Source: Eledone cirrhosa (Eukaryota). From it: 64,000 nucleotides of DNA. The position numbers and the translations under genes are program-made. A model generated the notes under the pieces. The model saw only the letters and a list, made by a program, of their open reading frames with translations, was not told the origin of the DNA and made no database searches. Where the stretch lies: assembly GCA_964016885.1 (NCBI GenBank), contig OZ024744.1:91698001-91762000 (forward strand), given 5' to 3'. Of the stretch, positions 62,559-64,000 are shown piece after piece (position 1 is the stretch's first letter; each line of letters begins with the position of its first letter).

Positions 62559-62904
62559 ATTTTTAAGGCTAAAAGAACAATCAAAATTTCGCTAGTGTGG
62601 GGTGGGACATAGGGTGAGGGAGGAAAGAAAGAGTTTATTATGGTATTTTGATTTTTCTCTCCATCCACCCACTCACTTACCCCCCCCCCCCCCGGGCTCA
62701 GCCCATGTTGCCACTTTAAGTGGATATGCTTGTTATTGTTTATTGTTGGTGTTTTGTTATATTTTACTGTGTGTGAGGGTGGGTGGGGTGGTAGGTGAAT
62801 GAGTGGGTGGGTGGGGGACAATGTGGGGGAGAGGGGAGAGGAAAGGGGGGGAGAAGGTAGAGGAAAGGGGGGGATACTATTTAATGTATTTTTTTATCAT
62901 TTGT

Positions 62905-63239
62905 TGCATACACATACGCATATACACACGCATACACATACCCATACACAGATGCATACGCATATATACATACACGCATACATAGATATATAGACACATA
63001 CATACACATACACACATATATAGATACAGATGTACACCCACAAATCCACACATACATAGACACACAGGTATACACATGCACACACACACACACACATAGA
63101 CATACACATATATTAACACACATTTAAACACAGATCTACAAGCACACACCCACATATACATACACACACATACACACGCAAAAAACACATACATACACAT
63201 ACATGCATTCACATACACAGATATATAGACACACAGCTA

Positions 63240-63285
<46 letters not shown>

Positions 63286-64000
63286 GACACAAATATACAT
63301 GCTCACACCCACATGCACACACCCTCATATACACATACACTCACACACTCAAACATGCACATGCAGACTCATACATACACATACATGCATGCACACACAT
63401 AGACACACAGGTACATACACACACATTCATACACACACACACATACACATACACACATATATAGACACAGATGTACATGCACACACACACAAAACATGCA
63501 TATACATGCATACACATATACAAATATATCGACACACATGTACACACACATACATACACATACACACATATTTAGACACAGATGTACATGCACGCACCCA
63601 CGCATACATGCACACACACACACACACACACATACATACACATACACACATATTTAGACACAGATGTACATGCACGCACCCACGCATACATGCACACACA
63701 CACACACACACACACACATACATACACATACACACATATTTAGACACAGATGTACATGCACGCACCCACGCATACATGCACACACACACACACACACACA
63801 CACATACATACACATACACACATATTTAGACACAGATGTACATGCACGCACCCACGCATACATGCACACACACACACACACACACATACATACACATACA
63901 CACATATTTAGACACAGATGTACATGCACGCACCCACGCATACATGCACACACACACACACACACATACATACACATACACACATATTTAGACACAGATG
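62905..64000. repeat. CA/TA-rich tract with ~80-90-bp higher-order units from ~63540
   Basis: TATTTAGACACAGATGTACATGCACGCACCCACGCATACATG(CA)n repeated 5-6 times. Confidence 0.9.

Overview
AT-rich, repeat-saturated animal genomic DNA. The SINE, RTE and microsatellite content suggests an octopus or other coleoid cephalopod (inference). No prokaryotic genes, rRNA, true tRNA genes or CRISPR arrays are visible. Main contents: (1) a near-full-length RTE LINE (1036-aa APE+RT ORF, minus strand) and many RTE 3' fragments of two subfamilies; (2) two tRNA-derived SINE families, one sharing its 3' half with the RTE; (3) degenerate L1/Tx1-like, CR1, Vingi/Ingi-like, Rex3/Expander-like and R4/Dong-like fragments; (4) a Penelope-like element (RT + GIY-YIG) split by an L1/Tx1 insertion; (5) a non-autonomous Helitron, TTAA- and TA-flanked MITEs, minisatellites and microsatellites. 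Most notable signals: about nine hammerhead-ribozyme motifs, mostly inside fold-back modules, four of them sharing helix I/III and a conserved C·C mismatch in an otherwise rewritten helix II; a 49-bp putative pseudoknot module of the RTE/SINE tail that expands into arrays; two abutting ~120-bp hairpins; and a candidate spliced gene for a small secreted Cys-rich protein. All calls were made by eye; coordinates of degenerate elements are approximate.
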